Below, piece after piece: positions 7,847 to 15,438 of a stretch of DNA of 32,000 bases. The notes under the pieces are model-generated. The model was not told where the DNA came from, made no database searches, and worked only from the letters and a program-made list of their open reading frames with translations. This stretch comes from Cupriavidus necator (GTDB taxonomy: Bacteria > Pseudomonadota > Gammaproteobacteria > Burkholderiales > Burkholderiaceae): assembly GCF_016127575.1 (NCBI RefSeq), contig NZ_CP066018.1:60001-92000 (forward strand), read 5' to 3'. The number at the start of each line of letters is the position of its first letter. Within the stretch, counting starts at the first letter, position 1. Made by a program: the position numbers and the translations under genes.

Positions 7847-8329
7847 ATGCAACGACGCAGTTTCCTGCGCGCGCTGGCGCTGGGCGCGGTCTCGGCCGGG
7901 GCGCTGGCACCGGTGGCCGGCGCGCTGGCGCAAGCCGCCAAGCCGCTTGCCATCGACGTCTACAAGAGCCCGCTGTGCGGCTGCTGCGAGGATTGGGTCA
8001 AGCACCTGCGCAGCAACGGCTTCACCGTGACGGTGCATGATGTCGAGGACACCGGCGTGTACCGCAAGCGCTTCGGCATGCCGGAACGCTTTGGCTCCTG
8101 CCACACCGGGTATATCGGCGGCTACGCCATCGAGGGCCATGTGCCGGCGGCGGATATCCGCAAGCTGCTGGCAGCAAAACCCAAGGCCGTCGGCCTGGCC
8201 GTGCCGGGCATGCCGGTCGGCTCGCCCGGCATGGAACAGGGCCCGCGCAAGGACCCGTTCGACGTGCTGATCGTAAAAGCGGATGGCGCCGCTTCGGTGT
8301 TCGCCAGCTACAACAAGCAGGCAGGCTGA
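7847..8329 (+). CDS. DUF411 (CopG-like) periplasmic metal-binding protein with a twin-arginine-type signal
   Basis: The ATG at 7847 is preceded by AAGGAG and gives 160 aa. It begins MQRRSFLRALALGAVSAGALAP. Motifs present: CGCC, SCHTGY and GMPVGSPGME. It starts 10 nt after the bdhA stop. Confidence 0.85.
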   Translation: MQRRSFLRALALGAVSAGALAPVAGALAQAAKPLAIDVYKSPLCGCCEDWVKHLRSNGFTVTVHDVEDTGVYRKRFGMPERFGSCHTGYIGGYAIEGHVPAADIRKLLAAKPKAVGLAVPGMPVGSPGMEQGPRKDPFDVLIVKADGAASVFASYNKQAG

Positions 8330-8394
8330 CCTGCGGCTGCCGGGCGGCAGGGTCTGCGCCTTGCCGGAGAGCAGCCAGCTTAGTGCGCAGCGAT

Positions 8395-8459
8395 ATTGCC
8401 GGGCTATTCGCCGGAAGAGCTAGGGAATGCAGCCGGCTGGCGTAGCCCGGCCGGGCAAT
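8395..8459. repeat. Imperfect long palindrome (REP-like) between convergent genes
   Basis: ATTGCCGGGCTATTCGCCGG ... CCGGCTGGCGTAGCCCGGCCGGGCAAT. The arms pair with small insertions. Confidence 0.25.
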
Positions 8460-8480
8460 TCCAAAGCGAAGCGACCCGAC

Positions 8481-8515
8481 AAAAAAGCCCCTGCGGCGCA
8501 TCGCACCTCAGGGGC
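8481..8515 (-). terminator. Intrinsic terminator after scoB
   Basis: Minus-strand RNA has GCCCCUG(A)...(U)CAGGGGC followed by UUUUUU (8486..8481), 28 nt after the scoB stop. Confidence 0.6.
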
Positions 8516-8542
8516 CCTGCCAGGCTTCGGAGCTCAGCCCGC

Positions 8543-9181
8543 TTACAGCAGCGGAGCGCCAGTCTTGGCCTGGATTTCCTCGCGGCTGACACCCGGAGCC
8601 GTTTCCACCAGCTTCAGGCCTTCGTCGGTCACGTCGATCACGCCCAGGTCGGTAATGATGCGGTTGACCACGCCCACGCCGGTCAGCGGCAGGTTGCAGT
8701 CCTTCAGGATCTTGATGTCCTCGGTGCCATCCTTCTTCTTGGCGGTGTGTTCCATCAGCACCACCACTCGGCCGACGCCGGCGACCAGGTCCATCGCGCC
8801 GCCCATGCCCTTGACCATCTTGCCCGGGATCATCCAGTTGGCCAGGTCGCCCTTTTCGCTGACCTGCATCGCACCCAGGATCGCCAGGTTGATGTGGCCG
8901 CCGCGGATCATCGCGAACGAGTCGGCCGACGAGAAGATCGACGAGCCCGGCAGCGTCGTCACGGTTTGCTTGCCGGCGTTGATCATGTCGGCGTCGACTT
9001 CGTCCTCGGTCGGGAACGGGCCGATGCCCAGCAGTCCGTTCTCGGACTGCAGCCACACTTCCATGCCTTCGGGCACCCAGTTGGCCACCAGCGTCGGCAG
9101 GCCGATGCCCAGGTTGACGTAGAAACCGTCCTGCAGCTCGGTCGCGGCGCGCGCGGCCATTTCGTCACGTGTCCATGCCAT
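8543..9181 (-). CDS. scoB: 3-oxoacid CoA-transferase subunit B
   Basis: 212 aa: [32 protein letters not shown]...SENGLLG...[12 protein letters not shown], which carries the catalytic Glu region (SENG). AAGGAG precedes the ATG. Confidence 0.95.
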   Translation of the reverse strand: MAWTRDEMAARAATELQDGFYVNLGIGLPTLVANWVPEGMEVWLQSENGLLGIGPFPTEDEVDADMINAGKQTVTTLPGSSIFSSADSFAMIRGGHINLAILGAMQVSEKGDLANWMIPGKMVKGMGGAMDLVAGVGRVVVLMEHTAKKKDGTEDIKILKDCNLPLTGVGVVNRIITDLGVIDVTDEGLKLVETAPGVSREEIQAKTGAPLL

Positions 9182-9192
9182 GATGCGTCTCC

Positions 9193-9894
9193 TTAGCTGG
9201 CCGCGCGCACGGTGCGCTGCTCGATGCGTTTCTCGGGGGTGGTGTTCAGCACCAGGCGCTTCACGAAGATGCCGGCCAGGTGGATTTCATCCGGGTCCAG
9301 CTCGCCGGTCTCGACGATATGCTCGACCTCGGCGATGGTGACCTTGCCCGCCATGGCGCACATCGGGTTGAAGTTGCGCGCGGTGCGGCGGAACACCAGG
9401 TTGCCGGCCTTGTCAGCCTTGTATGCCTTGACCAGCGCCACGTCGGCGGTCAGCGAACGCTCCATCACGTACTGCTGGCCGTCGAATTCGCGGATTTCCT
9501 TGCCTTCGGCGACGATGGTGCCGACACCGGTCTTGGTGAAGAAGGCCGGGATGCCCGAGCCGCCGGCGCGCAGCTTCTCGGCCAGCGTGCCTTGCGGGGT
9601 GAATTCCAGCTCAAGTTCGCCCGCCAGGTACTGGCGCTCGAACTCCTTGTTCTCGCCCACGTAGGACGAGATCATCTTGCTGATCTGGCGCGTGGCCAGC
9701 AGCAGGCCCAGGCCGAAGCCATCGACGCCGGCGTTGTTGGAGATACAGGTCAGCTGCTTGGCGCCGCTGTCGCGCAGCGCGGCAATCAGCGCCTCGGGGA
9801 TGCCGCACAGGCCGAAACCGCCCACGGCGATCGTCTGGCCGTCGCGGACGACGCCTGCAAGCGCTTCTGCGGCGCTGGCGTAGACCTTGTTCAT
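9193..9894 (-). CDS. scoA: 3-oxoacid CoA-transferase subunit A
   Basis: The ATG at 9894 is preceded by GGAAGGAG and gives 233 aa: [37 protein letters not shown]...[28 protein letters not shown]. The extra 81 codons at the upstream end of ORF 9193..10137 have no support. Confidence 0.95.
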   Translation of the reverse strand: MNKVYASAAEALAGVVRDGQTIAVGGFGLCGIPEALIAALRDSGAKQLTCISNNAGVDGFGLGLLLATRQISKMISSYVGENKEFERQYLAGELELEFTPQGTLAEKLRAGGSGIPAFFTKTGVGTIVAEGKEIREFDGQQYVMERSLTADVALVKAYKADKAGNLVFRRTARNFNPMCAMAGKVTIAEVEHIVETGELDPDEIHLAGIFVKRLVLNTTPEKRIEQRTVRAAS

Positions 9895-9966
9895 GCTTCG
9901 CTCCTTCCTCGGTAGTTCCCTGTCGCTCTTCCCGCCACCGGGTTGTGCGGCGGGCGACGCAGGGAA

Positions 9967-9982
9967 ATTGTAACGGTACAAT
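9967..9982. promoter_or_regulatory. 16-bp near-perfect palindrome ATTGTAAC|GGTACAAT in the scoA / PAS-LuxR divergent region
   Basis: It shares the 8-mer GGTACAAT and the half-site ATTGTA with 6924..6947. It lies 73 nt from the scoA ATG and 95 nt from the regulator ATG. Confidence 0.4.
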
Positions 9983-10076
9983 CGGCAACAGGCGGGCGAC
10001 AGTCGCCGCAACTCGTCCGACCGACAGCATACGCAAGCGCAGCCGGCTACGCCATTACGTAAAAATACATAAGCAG

Positions 10077-10622
10077 ATGCCCGCAATCGACTACCAGACC
10101 GCCTTCCAGCTCGCCCCCGTGGGCCTGGTGCTGTCACGCGAACGCGTGATCGAGGACTGCAACGAGGAGGTCTGCCGCATTTTCGGCACCACGCGCGAAG
10201 CGCTGCTGGGCCAGTCCTTCCAGGTGCTCTACCCCACCGCCGACGAATTCGAGCGCACCGGCGCGCGCATCGCGCCGATCATGGGCAAGCGCGGCATGTA
10301 CTCGGACGAACGCATCATGAAGCGCGCCGGCGGCGAGCTGTTCTGGTGCCATGTCACCGGGCGCGCACTGGACCGCACGCAACCGCTGGGCGCGGGGATC
10401 TGGACCTTCGAGGATCTGTCGCAGAAGCGCCAGGTCACTGCGGAGCTGACCGCGCGCGAACGCGAGATCGCGGCGCAGCTGGTGGAGGGAAAGACCAGCA
10501 AGCAGATCGGCAAGCTGCTGGCGATCAGCCCGCGCACGGTGGACATCTACCGGGCGCGGCTGATGAAGAAGTACGGGGCCAGCACGTCGGTGGACCTGGT
10601 GCAGCGGCTGGTCAACCACTGA
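10077..10622 (+). CDS. PAS-domain LuxR/GerE-family transcriptional regulator
   Basis: The ATG at 10077 gives 181 aa. The PAS-like N-terminus reads [28 protein letters not shown]...[12 protein letters not shown]. The C-terminal HTH reads [44 protein letters not shown]. The start is uncertain because the SD is weak. Confidence 0.8.
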   Translation: MPAIDYQTAFQLAPVGLVLSRERVIEDCNEEVCRIFGTTREALLGQSFQVLYPTADEFERTGARIAPIMGKRGMYSDERIMKRAGGELFWCHVTGRALDRTQPLGAGIWTFEDLSQKRQVTAELTAREREIAAQLVEGKTSKQIGKLLAISPRTVDIYRARLMKKYGASTSVDLVQRLVNH

Positions 10623-10637
10623 GCCCCGTGGCAGGCA

Positions 10638-11039
10638 TCAGCCCTCGATGATCGCGCGGATCTCTGCCGGCACCGGCACCGACTTCTCCTGCGTGTAATC
10701 GCACCACACCACCTTGGCCCCGCCCTCGGCCCAGACCACGTCGGGCTGGTCGGTGCGGCGGATTTCCATGCGGGTCTCGAAGCTGGTGCGGCCGAGCTGG
10801 CCGGCGTAGACGCGGCACTCGATGTCGCCCGGGTAGCGCAGCTGCTTCAGGAAAGTCATGTGCGCATTGATGATGACCGGCCCCTGCCCGCGTGCATCCT
10901 TGCCGCCGCGGCCCAGCGACGCGAACCACTCGATGCGCGCCTGCTCCAGGTACTGGAAGTAGACGGTGTTGTTGACATGGCCCATGGCATCCATGTCGCC
11001 CCAGCGGATCGGCATGACCACCGTATAGACGTGCTTCAT
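10638..11039 (-). CDS. Acyl-CoA thioesterase, 4HBT/YbgC hotdog family
   Basis: The ATG at 11039 is preceded by GGAGG with a 5-nt spacer and gives 133 aa: MKHVYTVVMPIRWGDMDAMGHVNNTVYFQYLEQARIEWF. Confidence 0.82.
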   Translation of the reverse strand: MKHVYTVVMPIRWGDMDAMGHVNNTVYFQYLEQARIEWFASLGRGGKDARGQGPVIINAHMTFLKQLRYPGDIECRVYAGQLGRTSFETRMEIRRTDQPDVVWAEGGAKVVWCDYTQEKSVPVPAEIRAIIEG

Positions 11040-11049
11040 CACAGCCTCC

Positions 11050-11080
11050 AAAAGAACAGGCCCGCCGGGTCTGGCGGGCC
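11050..11080 (-). terminator. Intrinsic terminator after the TRAP solute-binding gene
   Basis: Minus-strand RNA has GGCCCGCC-AGACCC-GGCGGGCC followed by UGUUCUUUU. The U-tract ends directly at the thioesterase SD. Confidence 0.55.
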
Positions 11081-11091
11081 CTCTGCTTGGC

Positions 11092-12120
11092 TCAGCGCTT
11101 GGCGATCGCGCCTTCGGCCTTGGTCACCAGGTCGGTGCCGATCTGCTTCTTCCACTTGTCGTAGACCTTGGCGGTGGCCTTGCGGAAGGCGTCATGCTCG
11201 GCCGGCGTCAGGTGCGTGACCTTGACGCCGTGCGCCTCCATGTCCTTCCAGGCCGGCGCGCCCGGCTCGGCCAGGCCCTTGCGGGCCAGCGCGATTTCCT
11301 GCTTGCCGGCGTCGACGGCGGCCTGCTTCACGATCTCGCGGTCGGCCGGGGTCCAGCTTTCCCAGATCTGCTTGTTGACCACGAAGATCAGCGGGTCAGC
11401 CACGTAGCCCCAGGTGGTGACGAACTTCTGGCCCACCGTGTACAGCTTGGCGGCGGCGAACACCGACTGCGGGTTCTCCTGCCCGTCGACCGCGCCCGAG
11501 GCCATCGCCGGCTGCGCATCGGCCCAGCTCATCTGGGTCGGGTTGGCGCCCAGCGCGTTGAAGGTCTCGATGTACAGCGGCGAACCGACCACGCGCAGCT
11601 TCATGCCCTTGAGGTCTTCCGGCTTGCGGATTTCGCGCTTGGAGTTGGACACCTCGCGGAAGCCATTCTCGCCCCAGGCCAGCGGCACCACGCCGGCTTT
11701 TTCCAGCGTGGCGAAGATCGACTTGCCGACTTCGCCCTGCGTGAGCGCGTCCAGCGCCTTGTAGTCGGGCATCAGGAACGGCAGCGAGAACAGGTTCAGT
11801 TCCCTGACCTGCGGCGACCAGTTGATGGTCGAGCCCACCGCCATGTCGATCACGCCCTGGCGGATCGCCGAGAACTCGCGGGTCTGGTCGCCGGCCACCA
11901 GCGAGGTGCCCGGGTACAGCTTGATATTGATGCGGCCGTTGGTGCGCTGCTTGACCAGGTCGGCCCAGATCTCGCCGCCCTTGCCCCACGGGAAGGCCGG
12001 GCCGAGCACCAGCGACATCTTGTACTCGGACTTGTAGGTCTGGGCCATTGCGCCGGCGGGGGCGAAGGCGGAAGCGGCAATGGCGGCAGCCGTTGCGAGC
12101 ATCAGGGCACGACGTTTCAT
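11092..12120 (-). CDS. TRAP transporter solute-binding protein (DctP family)
   Basis: 342 aa with the signal peptide MKRRALMLATAAAIAASAFAPAGAMAQ. DctP-family core: LRVVGSPLYIETFNALGANPTQMSWADAQPAMASGAVDGQENP. GAGGAG precedes the ATG. Confidence 0.92.
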   Translation of the reverse strand: MKRRALMLATAAAIAASAFAPAGAMAQTYKSEYKMSLVLGPAFPWGKGGEIWADLVKQRTNGRINIKLYPGTSLVAGDQTREFSAIRQGVIDMAVGSTINWSPQVRELNLFSLPFLMPDYKALDALTQGEVGKSIFATLEKAGVVPLAWGENGFREVSNSKREIRKPEDLKGMKLRVVGSPLYIETFNALGANPTQMSWADAQPAMASGAVDGQENPQSVFAAAKLYTVGQKFVTTWGYVADPLIFVVNKQIWESWTPADREIVKQAAVDAGKQEIALARKGLAEPGAPAWKDMEAHGVKVTHLTPAEHDAFRKATAKVYDKWKKQIGTDLVTKAEGAIAKR

Positions 12121-12169
12121 TTCATCTCCTCTCGGGAAAGCGTCAATTCTTGTTTGTGAATGCGGAACA

Positions 12170-13474
12170 TCAGTAGCCGAGGTACTCAGGCAGCCAGGTC
12201 GCCAGCGGCGGATAGGCCAGCACCATCAGCATGGCGATAAACATCGCCAGCAACATCCAGATCACCCAGGGCACGGTCTCTTCCATGCGCACCCGGGCAA
12301 TCCGGCACGACACCATCAGGTTCACGGCCAGCGGCGGCGTGAACTGGCCCAGCGCCACCTTCAGTGTCAGCACCACGCCGAACCACACCGGGTTCCAGTG
12401 GAAGGCATTGACAATGGGCAGCAGCAGCGGCACGAAGATCAGGAAGATCGAGATGCCGTCCAGGAACATGCCGACCGTCATCAGCAGCAGCACGATCAGC
12501 GCCAGCACGCCGTACTCGCCCAGCCCGGAATTGGCGATGGCGTGCGCCAGCGGGTCGATCACGCCCAGCGTCGACAGCGCATAGGCGAAGATGCCGGCCA
12601 GTGCCACCACCAGCAGGATCACTGCCGAGGTCTCGGCCGCCTCCTGGAAGATGGTGAACAGGTCGCGCATGCCGATGCTGCGGTACACCACCATGCCGAC
12701 GAACAGGCCGTAGACCACTGCCACCACGGCGGCTTCGGTCGGCGTGAACCAGCCGGCGCGCATGCCGCCCAGGATCAGGAACGGCGCCACCAGGCCCCAT
12801 GCGGCCTCGCGCAGGCTCTTCCAGAACGGCGGGCGCGGCAGCGCGGCTTCGATCGCGCCCATGTTGTGCTTGCGCGCCAGCCACACGGCCGGAACGATCA
12901 GCGCCACGCCGGCCAGGATGCCGGGGATCATGCCCGCGGCGAACAAGGCCGGCACCGATGCGCCGGGCACCAGCACGCTGTAGATGATGAGGGCCACCGA
13001 CGGCGGGATCAGGATGTCGGTCGCGGCTGCCGCGCCGACCACCGCGGCACTGTACGAACCCGGATAACCGGCGCGCGACATCGCCGCGATCATCACGCCG
13101 CCCACCGCGGCCGCGTTGGCCGGGCCGGAGCCGGAGATGCCGCCGAGGAACATCGCCACCAGGATCGCCACCAGCGGCAGCATGCCCGGGCCGCGGCCAA
13201 CGATGGCGATGGCAAAGGTCACCAGCCGCTGCGCCACGCCGGAGCGGTCGAAGATCGACCCCACCAGCACGAACATCGGGATCGCCAGCAGCGGATACTT
13301 GGCCAGCCCCGCATAGAAGTTCTGCGGCACGGCCAGCAGGCCGAACATCTGGGTGTCGAGATTGGACAGGCCGATGGCAACCAGGCCGCCCAGGCCCAGC
13401 GACACGCCGATGGGCACGCCCAGCAGCATCAGGCCGATAAAGACCACGAACAGGGTGATGGCGACGAACGTCAT
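12170..13474 (-). CDS. TRAP transporter large permease (DctM family)
   Basis: 434 aa, polytopic and hydrophobic (MTFVAITLFVVFIGLMLLGVPIGVSLGLGG...). Its ATG overlaps the dctQ-like stop (ATGA at 13474..13471). Confidence 0.93.
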   Translation of the reverse strand: MTFVAITLFVVFIGLMLLGVPIGVSLGLGGLVAIGLSNLDTQMFGLLAVPQNFYAGLAKYPLLAIPMFVLVGSIFDRSGVAQRLVTFAIAIVGRGPGMLPLVAILVAMFLGGISGSGPANAAAVGGVMIAAMSRAGYPGSYSAAVVGAAAATDILIPPSVALIIYSVLVPGASVPALFAAGMIPGILAGVALIVPAVWLARKHNMGAIEAALPRPPFWKSLREAAWGLVAPFLILGGMRAGWFTPTEAAVVAVVYGLFVGMVVYRSIGMRDLFTIFQEAAETSAVILLVVALAGIFAYALSTLGVIDPLAHAIANSGLGEYGVLALIVLLLMTVGMFLDGISIFLIFVPLLLPIVNAFHWNPVWFGVVLTLKVALGQFTPPLAVNLMVSCRIARVRMEETVPWVIWMLLAMFIAMLMVLAYPPLATWLPEYLGY

Positions 13475-14073
13475 TGCGCCTTCTCCGTCGTGGTGGCCTT
13501 GCCTTCATGCAGCGCCTTGAGCGCGCGCACGTTGCGTAGCACCAGCCCCAGCGCGCGCAGCGCGATGCCGGCAGACAGCACCGGCAGCCAGATCGAGTAC
13601 CACCAGCTCGGCACGCCGATGCCCGGCGAGGTCTCGCCGAAGGTGTACTCATCCCAGGTAATGCGTGCGCCCAGCACCGCCAGCGCGATGAACATCACCG
13701 CCACCGCCAGCGCCGACAGGATCGCCAGGCGGCGCTGGCGGGCCGCGCTGCCGCGCTCGAAGAAGAATTCGATGCGGATATTGCGATCGCGTGCCACCGC
13801 GGCGCTGCCGGCGACCAGCGCCAGCACGATCATCAGGAAGACCGAGAACTCCTCGGTCCAGGCAAATGACTCGTCGGTGAAATAGCGGACCACCACGTTG
13901 GCGAAAGTGATGCCGACCAGCAGCACCATCACGATCACGCCAACCCAGTCCTCGATGCGGGGCGATACCCGGAAATCAGCGTCCTGCGCTTCGTCGGCGG
14001 CCTGCGGGATCACCGCGGAATCGACGACGTGTTGCGGCACGGCGTTGCGCCGTGCCTCTTCTTGTTGCTCCAT
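13471..14073 (-). CDS. TRAP transporter small permease (DctQ family)
   Basis: Lies inside ORF 13471..14115(-). I prefer the ATG at 14073, with GGAGG 8 nt upstream, over the GTG at 14115. It has four hydrophobic segments and an acidic N-terminal tail of about 50 residues. The start is uncertain. Confidence 0.8.
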   Translation of the reverse strand: MEQQEEARRNAVPQHVVDSAVIPQAADEAQDADFRVSPRIEDWVGVIVMVLLVGITFANVVVRYFTDESFAWTEEFSVFLMIVLALVAGSAAVARDRNIRIEFFFERGSAARQRRLAILSALAVAVMFIALAVLGARITWDEYTFGETSPGIGVPSWWYSIWLPVLSAGIALRALGLVLRNVRALKALHEGKATTTEKAQ

Positions 14074-14342
14074 CTCCCCGGCCTCCGGTCCGGGCCGCTC
14101 GGGCCATGCGGCCACCGCGGCGTTTTTTTACTTGTATGTAAAGACTTAATCTGCAGACATGGCGGATTATGCCAAGACTGGCCCGCCACGCACGAATTTT
14201 CTGATGATTGATGTGTGCTGACGACGGCGCACCCAAGGGGACCGGATAAGCCCTGGGCGTGCAGTCCGGGCATCCCGCGGCGCTTTTGGCGCGCAGCCGG
14301 GATGCAGGGGGCCTTGCGCCCCCCCGGTCAGCGATCAGGCGG

Positions 14343-15128
14343 TCAGACCATGCCGTCGTCGGCGGTGATGACAGCGCCGTTGATGAACTGCGACTGGTCG
14401 GATGCGAGCAGCAGCAACAGGCCGTCGAGATCCTCCGGCTTGCCCAGGCGCTTGCGCGGCAGCATCTGGATCAGCTTCTGGCCGGCGTCCGAATCCCAGT
14501 GGTGGTGGTTGATCTCGGTATCGATATAGCCCGGGCAGATCGCGTTGGTATTGATGCCATGGCGCGCCCATTCCAGCGCCATGGCCTTGGTCATGTGCAC
14601 CACGGCCGCCTTGCTCATGCAATACACGCCGATCTGCGACAGCACCTTCAGCCCCGCCACCGACGCGACATTGACGATCCGCGCCTGCGGCAGCGGGCTG
14701 CCGTTGCGCTCGGCGCCCTTGGCGCGCGCGATCATGCGCTTGGCCACTTCCTGGGCGACGAAGAAGGCACCGCGGGTATTGGTGTCGAACACGAAATCGA
14801 AGTCGTCGGCGGTCACATCGGTCAGCTTCTGCGTGGTCGACACGCCGGAGTTGTTGACCAGGATGTCGATGGAGCCGGCCTCAGTCTCCGCATGCGCCAC
14901 CGCGGCGCGGATGCTGTCCGGGTCGGTGACGTCCAGCCGCACCACATGGGCGCTGCCGCCCTCGGCCTCGATCGCAGCGCGCAGTTCCTTGAGCCGCTCG
15001 GTTCGGCGCGAGGCCAGCACCACCTTGGCGCCGGCGGCGGCCAGCACCGTGGCGAAACGCGAGCCCAGCCCGCTTGAAGCGCCGGTGACCAGCGCGACCT
15101 TGCCTTCCAGATTGATCGACAAACCCAT
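14343..15128 (-). CDS. Short-chain dehydrogenase/reductase
   Basis: 261 aa with TGASSGLG, NNSG and YCMSKAAV (YxxxK) motifs. AGAGGT precedes the ATG. Confidence 0.9.
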   Translation of the reverse strand: MGLSINLEGKVALVTGASSGLGSRFATVLAAAGAKVVLASRRTERLKELRAAIEAEGGSAHVVRLDVTDPDSIRAAVAHAETEAGSIDILVNNSGVSTTQKLTDVTADDFDFVFDTNTRGAFFVAQEVAKRMIARAKGAERNGSPLPQARIVNVASVAGLKVLSQIGVYCMSKAAVVHMTKAMALEWARHGINTNAICPGYIDTEINHHHWDSDAGQKLIQMLPRKRLGKPEDLDGLLLLLASDQSQFINGAVITADDGMV

Positions 15129-15185
15129 GATTACCTCTTGTGCGGGAGCTCCTCCGGCCTATTCGGGAGCAGAAGGCAGCATATC

Positions 15186-15212
15186 AAAAAAAGAACGACC
15201 GTTCCAAAAAAA
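15186..15212. promoter_or_regulatory. A7-GAACGACCGTTC-C-A7 symmetric element in the SDR / ETF-QO divergent region
   Basis: GAACG-AC-CGTTC (15193..15204) is flanked by two runs of seven A (15186..15192 and 15206..15212). The stem is too short for a terminator, so a protein-binding or DNA-bending site is more likely. Confidence 0.3.
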
Positions 15213-15438
15213 TCCTTGCCTGTGGGTGGCGAGTCCCGGACAATGCCGGAGATTCTAAGAACTTGACCAGCAAAGGGAAAGAGGGAAAACGCGCGATCCG
15301 GGAGTCTTTGGACCCCAAATCGCTGCCAACTCACCCATCCGCGGTTCCCGTCCGCGCGCTGGCCCGGTTCTCGGCAAAACGATCACCGCATTTCCCACAA
15401 TTGCAAGCAAGCAGCAAAGAAATAGAGGGTTAGAGACA

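Noticed and set aside
5929-7953. Upstream 675 codons of the 795-aa minus-strand ORF that ends as the RidA-family gene
   Set aside because: Only the last 120 residues look like a real YjgF-fold protein. The remainder is antisense to the hydrolase-frame region, bdhA and the DUF411 gene.
12080-13885. 601-aa plus-strand ORF rich in His, Gln, Arg and Asp
   Set aside because: It is antisense to the dctM-like and dctQ-like genes. The odd composition is the mirror image of a hydrophobic membrane protein encoded on the other strand.
14116-14342. A promoter or sigma-54 site (TTGGCATAATCC) and a terminator-like nested hairpin (GCATCCCG 14270..14277 / CGGGATGC 14298..14305) between the SDR and dctQ-like genes
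   Set aside because: No -12 element lies at the correct spacing, I could not find a convincing -10/-35 pair, and the hairpin lacks a U-tract. The evidence is too weak to annotate.
15140-15433. 97-aa Lys-rich ORF (GTG start) filling the SDR / ETF-QO intergenic region
   Set aside because: It has no SD. Its codon usage is unlike the surrounding genes, with many A/T-ending codons. It coincides with an AT-rich divergent promoter region, so it is more likely non-coding.
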